64,000 bases of DNA from the IMG/VR virus record IMGVR_UViG_3300016466_000859, positions 32,001-96,000 of that record; one strand, written 5' to 3'. Under the pieces are notes generated by a model, which saw only the letters and a program-made list of their open reading frames with translations, had not been told where the DNA came from and did no database searches. The DNA is from a virus. The position numbers and the translations under genes are program-made. Numbering within the stretch: the first letter of the stretch is position 1; the number at the start of each line of letters is the position of its first letter. Shown here one piece after another: positions 10,133-19,112 of this stretch.

Positions 10133-11638
10133 ATGGATATTTTTAAAACAAACGGTAATTTATTAGTCAGCATCGTAGACGGAACTATAAATTCCCAGGT
10201 TACTCCTTTGCAGTTGCCGGGAAGAAACGTGGCCGGATACGGGCAAATACTCAATGAGAACCTGGTACATCTACTGGAAAATTTTGCGGATTCCGCAGAA
10301 CCCACAAATGGAATCGTGGGCCAACTTTGGTTTAACACAAGCACCAATCAAATCAACATAAAAACCCAGCAGGGATTTAGGCCTCTCAACGTTGCTTTTA
10401 AAAGTGGTGTCACTCCTCTCAATCCAAACGTTGGCGAATTTTGGTGGAATACCTCCACGGATCAACTTAAAATCTACAATGGATCGACCTGGCGATTGGT
10501 TGGTCCTGACTACGAAAGCAGCTGGCAAGAGACCGGGTTTTCATCGGTTCGTATCGCAGACACCAGCGGTATCGATCACTTAATAGTTAAATTGATGATT
10601 GGCGGAGTAGAACGCATGATCATCAGCAAAGATGCCGATTTTGTACCATCAACTCCCATTGTGGGGTTTTCGACTATACGCACTGGAATCAATGTTTCTT
10701 CTCAATTAACCTCTTTTCGATTCCGAGCCGCAGCCGACGACAGCGCCTCACTGGGCGGAGTTGACGCCAGTAACTATCTGCGCAAAGATCAAGATTCTTC
10801 AGTATCGGCAGTTTATAATCTAGAAAACGGCTTCACTGTGGGCCCATCGTCGGGCTCTGAAATAACAGTTAGCGAAGTCAATCTAGAGCAACATCTAGTC
10901 ATATCCAATAGCGTACCATCATCGCGTATCGACTTCAGAGTCAATGTCAATGGATCTCAATCCACTTCGTTGACCCTGTTGCCCAATGGTGAAGTGCGTC
11001 TACTCAATGATCCCATTGAGCCCTCTGGAGCGGCCACTAAAAATTACGTCGATCAATTGCACGATGAACTGACCGCAGCGATTTACGATGCAAATACCGG
11101 GCTGTTAAGCTATCTGATATCTAACGTCGACGCTCTGTCGGAACGCATCGGTAACAATTTAGATAGCATAGAATCCATACAGGACGATATAGTAAACCTT
11201 GATGCAAAAGTTGACACCAAAGCCAACATAGCCTCTCCGGCGTTGACAGGAAATCCTACGGCACCTACCCCGGCGGTTTCCAGTAACGATTCCAGCATCG
11301 CCACCACAGAATTTGTGACCACTGCCGATGACAATGTCAAAATATATGTAGATGCAGAAATAGAGGCCCTGCAAAGCACTGTCACTGGTTTTATCAATAC
11401 TGGGTTGGCACTGAAGTCTCCGATAGCTTCGCCAATTTTCACCGGAAATCCATCTGCACCTACTCCATCGGTGTCAACCAATAATACGCAACTGGCCAAT
11501 ACCGCCTGGGTGCGCAGCGTGATACAAGATCGAAGCGAGCAGGCGGCGTATTGGCAAGGCAGTCGTAAATTTGTGAGCACATCTGATCCAACAAATGCCA
11601 CCGGGGATAATGGAGATTTTTGGTTTAAGTACCAATAG
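10133..11638 (+). CDS. Tail fibre protein
   Basis: Same N-terminal anchor domain as 7561 and 11680; two ASPxxTGNPxAPTP...xATTxFV-type tail-fibre repeats; ends GDFWFKYQ. Confidence 0.7.
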   Translation: MDIFKTNGNLLVSIVDGTINSQVTPLQLPGRNVAGYGQILNENLVHLLENFADSAEPTNGIVGQLWFNTSTNQINIKTQQGFRPLNVAFKSGVTPLNPNVGEFWWNTSTDQLKIYNGSTWRLVGPDYESSWQETGFSSVRIADTSGIDHLIVKLMIGGVERMIISKDADFVPSTPIVGFSTIRTGINVSSQLTSFRFRAAADDSASLGGVDASNYLRKDQDSSVSAVYNLENGFTVGPSSGSEITVSEVNLEQHLVISNSVPSSRIDFRVNVNGSQSTSLTLLPNGEVRLLNDPIEPSGAATKNYVDQLHDELTAAIYDANTGLLSYLISNVDALSERIGNNLDSIESIQDDIVNLDAKVDTKANIASPALTGNPTAPTPAVSSNDSSIATTEFVTTADDNVKIYVDAEIEALQSTVTGFINTGLALKSPIASPIFTGNPSAPTPSVSTNNTQLANTAWVRSVIQDRSEQAAYWQGSRKFVSTSDPTNATGDNGDFWFKYQ

Positions 11639-11647
11639 AATATGAGA

Positions 11648-11653
11648 TAAATA
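11648..11653 (+). promoter_or_regulatory. Putative late promoter core TAAATA
   Basis: In the 41-nt gap before the 11680 gene, followed by GGAG. Confidence 0.4.
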
Positions 11654-11679
11654 AACACAATATCGGAGATTTTTAGAAG

Positions 11680-13197
11680 ATGCCCTACACAATCACAAAA
11701 ACAGACGGTACAACTATCACCGTTGATGACGGCGATACTAATGATAACAGTACCAGTTTGACTCTAATCGGCAAAAACTTCCCAGGATATGGGGTGTTTT
11801 TGAACCAAAATTTCGTCAGATTGCTGGAAAATTTTAGTAGCCAATCTAGCCCCGACACAGTGACTGGAAGCCCAGCATTGCAAGGACAACTGTGGTGGGA
11901 CAAAAGCAACAAACTACTCAAGGTCTACCAAGGTACCGACTGGAAGGTGATTTCTAGCTCAATGAGCTCGGCCAATCCTCCAGCCACTGATGTACCCGGC
12001 GATCTTTGGTGGGACACCGGCAACAGCCAGCTCAAAGTCTATCCCGGCGGTGTGGGTGCAGAATGGGTTACCATCGGCCCAGCATTTACCACGGCCACAG
12101 GACAAACTGGTGCACTGGCAGAAAATATCGCTGATAACACATCAAATGCCAACAACCTGCATTCCGTGATTAAGTTTTACATCGACAGCGACCTGGTAGC
12201 GATACTGAGCCAAGATGCAGAATTTACTCCTGCATCTTCGTCGGCCGCTCCGGGGTTTTCTGCGATCAAACCCGGATTCAACTTGTCTACCGCTATCGCA
12301 GGTCTCAAGTACAATGGCACCGCCACTTCGGCAGACTCGGTTGGTGGAATAGATCCCACTAACCTGGCCAGAAAAAATACTACCAACATATTCACTTCAC
12401 AACAACAAATTTCCAACACTTCGGGCCTGGTCATTGGCGACAATCAGCTGCAATTAAAAATTGAAACCAACGCACCTGTCATTAGCAGTCTTCAGTCTGG
12501 TGCAAACCTAACATTGAATACCCCAGGCAACAGTGCTCAACTGGTTCTTAGGAGCACTGGATTCGTGGAAGTTTCCGCCAACGTTGCCTCCGGTTCTAGC
12601 ACCACTGTGGCGACCAAAGGTTATGTTGACTCTTTCTTTGATGCCACTGGTGCCAGCGCCAGTCTCCGGAGAGATGGTAGCATAACCGTCAATGGTGTGC
12701 TGCGCCCCGAAACGGCGGCCACTGGGACCATTGACATTGGCACATCAGGAGCGAGATTCCGTACAGTGTTCGCCAACACTTTCTCGGGTCAGGCCAGCAC
12801 GGCACTTTACGCTGACTTGGCTGAAAGATTTGAGTCCGATTCGACCTACGAACCGGGCACCGTGGTAGAGTTGGGCGGAGTGGCCGAAATCACTAAAGTA
12901 GGGGATGAATTAAGCGAAAACGTGTTTGGAGTGATAAGTACTAGAGCAGCATATCTTATGAATGCCGGAGTTGGCACAGACGAAACGCATCCGCCCGTGG
13001 CCATCAGTGGACGAGTACCAGTGCGTGTGGTTGGTACAGTGCGAAAAGGCGATCGTTTGGTTTCAGCCGGCAATGGTCTGGCAAGAGCAGCCACCCGGTC
13101 AGAGATCACTCCTTGGAATGTCATTGGACGTGCGCTAACAAGTAAAAATACACTAGACGAGGGCACAGTAGAAGCCATCGTCAAATTGAATTCGTAA
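11680..13197 (+). CDS. Tail fibre-like protein with C-terminal Peptidase_G2-type intramolecular chaperone
   Basis: Shared N-terminal anchor (LIGKNFPGYGVFLNQNFVRLLENFS...GQLWWD); C-terminus YADLAERF...PPVAISGRVPVRVVG...EAIVKLNS is paralogous to 7561. Confidence 0.7.
   Translation: MPYTITKTDGTTITVDDGDTNDNSTSLTLIGKNFPGYGVFLNQNFVRLLENFSSQSSPDTVTGSPALQGQLWWDKSNKLLKVYQGTDWKVISSSMSSANPPATDVPGDLWWDTGNSQLKVYPGGVGAEWVTIGPAFTTATGQTGALAENIADNTSNANNLHSVIKFYIDSDLVAILSQDAEFTPASSSAAPGFSAIKPGFNLSTAIAGLKYNGTATSADSVGGIDPTNLARKNTTNIFTSQQQISNTSGLVIGDNQLQLKIETNAPVISSLQSGANLTLNTPGNSAQLVLRSTGFVEVSANVASGSSTTVATKGYVDSFFDATGASASLRRDGSITVNGVLRPETAATGTIDIGTSGARFRTVFANTFSGQASTALYADLAERFESDSTYEPGTVVELGGVAEITKVGDELSENVFGVISTRAAYLMNAGVGTDETHPPVAISGRVPVRVVGTVRKGDRLVSAGNGLARAATRSEITPWNVIGRALTSKNTLDEGTVEAIVKLNS
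12997..13040 (+). repeat. 44-bp near-perfect direct repeat, copy 2 (copy 1 at 8551-8594)
   Basis: Direct comparison of the two segments. Confidence 0.9.
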
Positions 13198-13207
13198 GGA
13201 ATAAAAA

Positions 13208-14203
13208 ATGACATATTCGTCCGGTGGACTCATACAAGCACTAGATTACAATACATTTGTACAAGGTGGCGCATCAGTAAATCATTCCGTAGCAAATATC
13301 AACACCATATGGGGAGTAGGTACCGGAGACAAAGGATATGGACAAAGCACGACACTGTCCACGGTCACAGGTGGCAACGATCAAGTCACAGCCACCCAAT
13401 GGTCCACGTTGATCGCTCGTTTGAATTCCATGCTCACACACCAGAGTGGTGGTGGTTCGGGGATCACAGCTCCTACAGCCGGTACAACGATCGCATACCT
13501 TTCAGCTCTAGCAGGCAAAATCACCGACGCCAATACCAATCGTTTGTTGGCCAATGCCAATGGCACAGATGTTACAGGACAAGGATCTTCTACCAGCACC
13601 TGGAATACCAGCACTCCTACCACACACAGCTTTAGCCGTACCATAACTTTTAACTCAGCTGACAAAGCACGATACTTTTTCAATGCCGGTGGCAAGATCA
13701 TCATCAACTTTGCTGTCACTAACACATTGGGCAACAGCAAAGGCGCAGACTGGAAATCGTTCTTTGAGAGCAAAGTGGCTTCGATAGTGATCGGATCCAC
13801 CACCAATGGACGAACTGGCACCGGCGGCGGGTCGACCACATTGGCCACAGCATACGGTTATTGGAACGTGGGAACCAGCAATCGCACCATACTAGCCCTG
13901 ACATCCAACTCAGGCACAGCAGACTACGGTGGCAACACTCTGTCAGTGGGTCTCAAGACAAATGGAGTACAAGGTTCCAACGGCGATGTTGGCACAGCAC
14001 TGACCTTCCAAGTTGATCTCAACGACGTAGCTGCCGATACCAATACAGCACCAACCAACCCCAACCAACCTGGTGGTTCGGCTCCGGTTCAAGGTAACTT
14101 CGCAGACCAAATCAACATCGGAATCACTACCACATTTACTATCCGTCCTCCATCAACTGCCAACCTCACTGACACCTGGGGTTCTTCATACACCTACAGT
14201 TGA
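13208..14203 (+). CDS. Putative virion structural protein (Thr/Gly/Ser/Asn-rich)
   Basis: AAGGA RBS; last gene of the structural block before a terminator; beta-rich composition. Confidence 0.55.
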   Translation: MTYSSGGLIQALDYNTFVQGGASVNHSVANINTIWGVGTGDKGYGQSTTLSTVTGGNDQVTATQWSTLIARLNSMLTHQSGGGSGITAPTAGTTIAYLSALAGKITDANTNRLLANANGTDVTGQGSSTSTWNTSTPTTHSFSRTITFNSADKARYFFNAGGKIIINFAVTNTLGNSKGADWKSFFESKVASIVIGSTTNGRTGTGGGSTTLATAYGYWNVGTSNRTILALTSNSGTADYGGNTLSVGLKTNGVQGSNGDVGTALTFQVDLNDVAADTNTAPTNPNQPGGSAPVQGNFADQINIGITTTFTIRPPSTANLTDTWGSSYTYS

Positions 14204-14221
14204 TTGATTTAACCAAAAGAT

Positions 14222-14250
14222 CAAAAAAAGCGGCCCGGCCGCTTTTTTTG
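14222..14250. terminator. Rho-independent terminator (bidirectional-type palindrome)
   Basis: AAAAAAAGCGGCC-C-GGCCGCTTTTTTT: GC-rich stem flanked by A7/T7, just after the structural block. Confidence 0.8.
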
Positions 14251-14262
14251 TGATTGATTTCC

Positions 14263-14271
14263 TGTTATACT
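14263..14271 (+). promoter_or_regulatory. Putative extended -10 promoter (TGnTATACT) 6 nt before ATG 14278, suggesting a leaderless mRNA
   Basis: TGTTATACT-aacgaa-ATG with no Shine-Dalgarno sequence. Confidence 0.4.
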
Positions 14272-14277
14272 AACGAA

Positions 14278-14592
14278 ATGAGCGACACCAATAAACTAGT
14301 AGAAACTGTGAAGCAGGCCACCGATTATCAGATAAATCGGCGCATCCTCAGGGAAAAAATACTGACTGAGTTGCATGTCACCTATAATGGGGGTATGTTT
14401 TTGGTGACTCGGGATCTCATGAGTTTTTTATCCACGTGGCCTGATAATAGATTATTCATTGAAGATATCTATGAAACTCCCATTGAAGTGGACCGAAATG
14501 AATTATTATCGCAATGCCAACAGCGATATCAGGCTGTAATGAATTCGTGGCACCAACAACATGCCGAATTACGAAAAATTAGGAAACTCTAG
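14278..14592 (+). CDS. Hypothetical protein
   Basis: ATG at 14278 (MSDTNKLV); first gene after the terminator. Confidence 0.6.
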   Translation: MSDTNKLVETVKQATDYQINRRILREKILTELHVTYNGGMFLVTRDLMSFLSTWPDNRLFIEDIYETPIEVDRNELLSQCQQRYQAVMNSWHQQHAELRKIRKL

Positions 14593-15343
14593 AGGCGCGG
14601 TAATATTCGCCAACAACACCGATACAGTAGATTATCTTTCTATAGCTGAAACGAATGCCAGACTGATAGATCGACATCTAGGAATACCTACGACCATATT
14701 GACCACAGACACACATACTGGAGTCAACAGACGGTACGATGTCACTAATCAACGTGTGATCGAATGGAAAAATTTTGGAAGATCTCAGGCTCTAGACCTC
14801 AGTCCCTACGACGAGACACTGTTAATCGATGCTGATTATCTTGTATTAGATGATTCATTTGCCAAGGTCTTCGATACGCTCGGTGACTATGTGATACCCA
14901 ACAAGAATATCTATGTCACAGATCCTGATGCATGCGAAACCATGGGCGAATACAGCCTACCTTTTGTCTGGGCCACAGCGATATTTTTTAGGAAAACCTG
15001 TCGTGCTCGGGCACTGTTTGATATTGTTAAAATGATAGAAAAAAATTATTCCTATTATCGAACACTCTACAACATCAAGGACGGCAACTATCGCAACGAT
15101 TATGCGTTTGCCATAGCTCATTACGTGACCAATGGCTACGCTATATCTCGACGAGAATTCCTACCTTGGCCAATAATGACGATCCCCGGGGTGCTTGACA
15201 GCATTGATCTCGTCGACGGTAATCTTGTGATACGAACACCAACTCGTGCATATTTGTCTCCAAAACAAAGCATACACATACTCAGTAAAACCTATCTTCA
15301 GTCTACGAGATTTTTAAATTTCACGGAGCAAGCCCTTGCGTAA
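14561..15343 (+). CDS. GT-A fold glycosyltransferase-like protein
   Basis: GAVIFA..N...DY...YDETLLIDADYLV (DxD motif after a hydrophobic strand); paralogous to the next gene. Confidence 0.6.
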   Translation: MPNYEKLGNSRGAVIFANNTDTVDYLSIAETNARLIDRHLGIPTTILTTDTHTGVNRRYDVTNQRVIEWKNFGRSQALDLSPYDETLLIDADYLVLDDSFAKVFDTLGDYVIPNKNIYVTDPDACETMGEYSLPFVWATAIFFRKTCRARALFDIVKMIEKNYSYYRTLYNIKDGNYRNDYAFAIAHYVTNGYAISRREFLPWPIMTIPGVLDSIDLVDGNLVIRTPTRAYLSPKQSIHILSKTYLQSTRFLNFTEQALA

Positions 15344-16202
15344 AAATCCACATCAAGCACAGCAAGGGTTTCTGACAATAGCTCAGAATTCTCCCACTGT
15401 GGACTATCTACGGTTGGCATATCTACAAGCACTAAATATCAAGTACACTCAAAAAAACAATCTTTACGCAGTCATAGTAGATTCAGACACTCACAAGTTG
15501 ATCACAGATCAACATCGTCGAGTATTTGATTTTGTGATTGAATTAGAAGAAGATCAAGCACAACACCAAGATTGGAAACTCAGCAACGAATGGCAGGCTT
15601 TCTGGCTCACTCCTTTCAAAGAGACCATCAAACTAGAGTCTGATTTATTGTTTACTCGCAGCATCGATCATTGGTGGTATGCTCTGCAGCAGAAAGATCT
15701 GGTGTTGAGTCATGGTTGTAAAAATTATTTGCAGGAACCTTCGTTGGCCCGTAAGTATCGTCTTACATTTGATGAAACAGATCTTCCTGACGTCTATAAT
15801 GGTCTCATGTATTTTCGTTTTTCAAAAACTGCCAGTGACTTTTTTCGTCTAGCTAAAAATATTTTTTCGGACTGGACGTCGGTGAGGGATCAATGTTTGA
15901 CGAATTGCAGAGACGAGAATCCAACCACAGATGTTGTTTATGCTTTGGCAGCAGAAATCGTTGGAAGAGAGAATTGCACGATACCCAGCATGGATTTTGT
16001 AAACTTTGTACACATGAAACCGGGCATACAGAATTGGTCAGATTCGCAGAGCTGGCAAGACTATGTGATATCGGAATTTGATTCAGGAATGATACGAGTA
16101 AACAATATCAACCAATATCATCCATTCCACTACCAGGATAAAAGTTTTGCCACGCAAGAAATAATCGAGTACTATGAGCAACGAATTGCCGGCCCTGCTT
16201 GA
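15336..16202 (+). CDS. GT-A fold glycosyltransferase-like protein
   Basis: GFLTIAQN...DY...TPFKETIKLESDLLF (ExD variant), YNGLMYF, FVHMK; paralogous to 14561. Confidence 0.55.
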   Translation: MRKNPHQAQQGFLTIAQNSPTVDYLRLAYLQALNIKYTQKNNLYAVIVDSDTHKLITDQHRRVFDFVIELEEDQAQHQDWKLSNEWQAFWLTPFKETIKLESDLLFTRSIDHWWYALQQKDLVLSHGCKNYLQEPSLARKYRLTFDETDLPDVYNGLMYFRFSKTASDFFRLAKNIFSDWTSVRDQCLTNCRDENPTTDVVYALAAEIVGRENCTIPSMDFVNFVHMKPGIQNWSDSQSWQDYVISEFDSGMIRVNNINQYHPFHYQDKSFATQEIIEYYEQRIAGPA

Positions 16203-16533
16203 GGCTTTTGGAAATCTTCCATCGGTAGAATCGGCCTCACCCGAGTACCGATTATACTACAACGACGACGGAACTCCGTTGTCAATGAGTTCTGGTGACT
16301 TTCCTGACAGCGGCAAGTACATACAGATTCCTAAGGAAATCTACGATCGGCCCAATTATGCCGCTATGCGAGTAGTCAATGAGAAACTAATTTTTATTGA
16401 GAATGTACTGTACCATCAGCAGAGTCTACAAAAAGGCGGAGATCGTTTTCGCACAGTCAAAGGGCACGCCAATATTTTAGTTGACGAAACATATCAAGGA
16501 GAAACAGAAACATATGGCTTCAAGAATCATTGA
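16174..16533 (+). CDS. Hypothetical protein
   Basis: 119-aa ORF overlapping both neighbours in the operon. Confidence 0.55.
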   Translation: MSNELPALLEAFGNLPSVESASPEYRLYYNDDGTPLSMSSGDFPDSGKYIQIPKEIYDRPNYAAMRVVNEKLIFIENVLYHQQSLQKGGDRFRTVKGHANILVDETYQGETETYGFKNH

Positions 16534-17446
16534 TGTCGCCGACATAGATTGCATCTATCTCAGCTACGACGAGCCACAGAAAGAAGCGTTCTGGATCAAG
16601 ATACAGAACATGGTGCCTTGGGCCCGGCGTGTGGACGGAGTCAAAGGATCGGACGCCGCGCATAAAGCCGCGGCTGCCAAGTCAGACACAGACTTTTTCG
16701 TGCTGATCGACGGCGACAACTTGCCCGATGCCGACTTCTTTAACTTGCAGTTGGCCATCGGCGATGGCGAGGAAGATGCTGCCTTCCGTTGGAAAGCCCG
16801 CAATCACATCAATGGTCTCATGTACGGCAACGGTGGCATGAGCGTGTGGAGCAAACGGTTTGTCGAGGACATGCGCACACACGAAGCGTCAGATGGCACA
16901 GATCGCACAGCAGTGGAGTTCTGTTTCGAACCCAAATACTTTGCCATGCACAACTGCCACTCTACCACTTATCCCAATGGCAGTCCTTACCAGGCCTGGC
17001 GTGCCGGCTTCCGCGAGGGCGTCAAGATGTGTTTGGACAAAGGACGCCGGCCATCCATGCAAGAGTTTGACGACTCGGTGCAACGACGCAACTTCGATCA
17101 TCTCTGTATCTGGCAGAGCGTGGGCCGCGATGTAGAAAACGGCATCTGGGCCATCGCCGGTGCAAGGCTAGGTACTACTATGACCATGATACACGAATGG
17201 GATCATAGGAAGGTACAGGACTTTGACGAACTCAAGTCAATTTGGGAAGATTGTGTCAAAGATCTCGATCCCGAAGAATTGGCCGCCAAGGAAGGTCAAC
17301 TGTTACGCAGCCGTTTAGGCATGCCCATCGCGGAACTGGATGCAGAACAGAGCAGATTCTTCAAGCATCACTATTCCACAGGACACCGCAACTTGGACAT
17401 GATGACCAAAGAAATCGATGTTATCCGTAGGATCGAGGGTTGGTAA
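16514..17446 (+). CDS. GT-A fold glycosyltransferase-like protein
   Basis: IDCIYLSYDEP...RVDGVKGSDAAHKAAA..SDTDFFVLIDGDN (DxD); homologous to the C-terminal domain of the 31410 gene. Confidence 0.6.
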   Translation: MASRIIDVADIDCIYLSYDEPQKEAFWIKIQNMVPWARRVDGVKGSDAAHKAAAAKSDTDFFVLIDGDNLPDADFFNLQLAIGDGEEDAAFRWKARNHINGLMYGNGGMSVWSKRFVEDMRTHEASDGTDRTAVEFCFEPKYFAMHNCHSTTYPNGSPYQAWRAGFREGVKMCLDKGRRPSMQEFDDSVQRRNFDHLCIWQSVGRDVENGIWAIAGARLGTTMTMIHEWDHRKVQDFDELKSIWEDCVKDLDPEELAAKEGQLLRSRLGMPIAELDAEQSRFFKHHYSTGHRNLDMMTKEIDVIRRIEGW

Positions 17447-17685
17447 TGGCACAGGGTTCTCTCTGGAAGATAGTCAAGATCCTTCCCACAGACTACAAGG
17501 ATTATGGTGGCGAAATAGAACGTTGGGCAGACAGCAAAGAAGACTATCCTGACTGCTCATCGGGTTGTAGACATTGGTGGGCTTTAGATGCAGATTGGGG
17601 AGTATGCCGAAATCCTCGCAGTGCCAGGGCCGGGCTGCTGACCTGGGAACACCAGGCTGGATATGATTGCTGGGAACATGATTAA
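17446..17685 (+). CDS. Small Cys/Trp-rich protein, possibly metal-binding
   Basis: ATG overlaps the upstream TAA; CSSGC...WGVCRNP...EH...C motif. Confidence 0.55.
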   Translation: MAQGSLWKIVKILPTDYKDYGGEIERWADSKEDYPDCSSGCRHWWALDADWGVCRNPRSARAGLLTWEHQAGYDCWEHD

Positions 17686-17696
17686 AATTCATCGAA

Positions 17697-19112
17697 ATGG
17701 GAATAATGAATAAAGGTGATGAAGCGGTAGGTACAAAGAGCAAGTTTATGGCTTCAGCCGAGTGGATGCGAGAAAACCTCGGCGAAGGATTCTGCTTGGC
17801 CAAATGGAAACAAGTGAGTCTACACTTGCCCACCGGACTCAACAACTCCTGTTATCATCCTCCGTTGCATCACATTGATCCAGCACCACTCAAAGACAAT
17901 CCTGGCGCCCTGCACAACACCGAGCACAAAAAACAACAACGTGTGATCATGTTGCGAAACGAGCGACCCAGTGAGTGTCAATACTGCTGGAACATCGAAG
18001 ACACCGGCAATCTCAGTGATCGACATTATCGATCCGGAGAACCCTGGGCTGCCGATGACTATGAAGCTATCCGTGCCAGCACTGGCGCCGAAGACTGGAT
18101 TCCCAGTTATGTGGAAGTCAATTTCAACCATGCCTGCAACCTGGCCTGCTCTTACTGTAGTCCGCAGTTCTCCTCGTCTTGGCAAGCGGAAGTAGATAAA
18201 TGGGGAGCTTGGCCTACATCTACTCCGCACAATGCGCCCGAGCACTTCCAAGGACGCAATCGTCCTATCCCACACAGCCAAGAGAATCCCTATGTGGATG
18301 CGTTCTGGGAATGGTGGCCGCAACTGTATCCCCGACTTAAACATTTCCGCATGACCGGCGGTGAGCCACTCATGGATCGCAACACATACCGAGTTTTCGA
18401 TTACGTGTTGGCCCTGCCCAATCCCGAACTACACCTCAATGTCACGTCTAACTTTTCCGTAGAACTCAAATTGTTTGAGAAATATCTTGACTATGTGAAA
18501 CGCTTGTGCGGCACACAGATCGAACACTTCATGCAGTATGTGAGCCTCGACACCGGCGAGCCCCAGCATGCCGAATACATCAGGCACGGACTCAACTTCC
18601 GTCGCATGTGGGATTATGTGCATCGTTACTTGGATGAGATCCCTTATCGCAACAGCCTCACATTCATCATTACCATGAACAATCTGTCAGTGCTGGGCAT
18701 ACAACGGCAGTTGGAATGGATATTGGATCTGCGCCGTATGTATAGCAAGACCTATCAGCGTGTGTGGTTTGACACACCCTTGTTGCGGCAGCCTCGGTGG
18801 CAGAGCCTACAGATACTGCCCCCGGTCTATGCCGATCGTCTCGAGCGTGTGGCAGACTGGATGGAACTCAACATGGAAAGGCCCGAGGATCCCTTCCATG
18901 GCTTCAAAGACTACGAAGTGCAAAGGATGCGTCGCGACATCGCTTGGATGCGCGAAGGACAGAAACTGGATCACGATTACATCGTAGCACAGCGAGCCGA
19001 CTTCTATCGTTTCTTCAACGAACACGACAAGCGCCGCAGCACTGATTTTGAGCGCACCTTCCCTGAGATGCGTGAATTCTGGCAGGAGTGTAGATACCAT
19101 GCCCAACGATAA
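17697..19112 (+). CDS. Radical SAM protein with N-terminal twitch/SPASM-like domain (#1)
   Basis: FCLAKW...SCYHPP...CQYCW at the N-terminus; CNLACSYC; MTGGEP. Confidence 0.85.
   Translation: MGIMNKGDEAVGTKSKFMASAEWMRENLGEGFCLAKWKQVSLHLPTGLNNSCYHPPLHHIDPAPLKDNPGALHNTEHKKQQRVIMLRNERPSECQYCWNIEDTGNLSDRHYRSGEPWAADDYEAIRASTGAEDWIPSYVEVNFNHACNLACSYCSPQFSSSWQAEVDKWGAWPTSTPHNAPEHFQGRNRPIPHSQENPYVDAFWEWWPQLYPRLKHFRMTGGEPLMDRNTYRVFDYVLALPNPELHLNVTSNFSVELKLFEKYLDYVKRLCGTQIEHFMQYVSLDTGEPQHAEYIRHGLNFRRMWDYVHRYLDEIPYRNSLTFIITMNNLSVLGIQRQLEWILDLRRMYSKTYQRVWFDTPLLRQPRWQSLQILPPVYADRLERVADWMELNMERPEDPFHGFKDYEVQRMRRDIAWMREGQKLDHDYIVAQRADFYRFFNEHDKRRSTDFERTFPEMREFWQECRYHAQR

Noticed and set aside
11110-11658. 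182-aa minus-strand ORF, and similar shadows at 13381-13848, 23021-23665 and 56001-56582
   Set aside because: They are antisense to well-supported genes, have no RBS or recognisable motifs, and are typical codon-bias shadows.
8551-13040. 44-bp repeat as a DGR template/variable pair
   Set aside because: Too short, with only one synonymous difference and no adenine-specific mutation pattern; no reverse transcriptase in the window.
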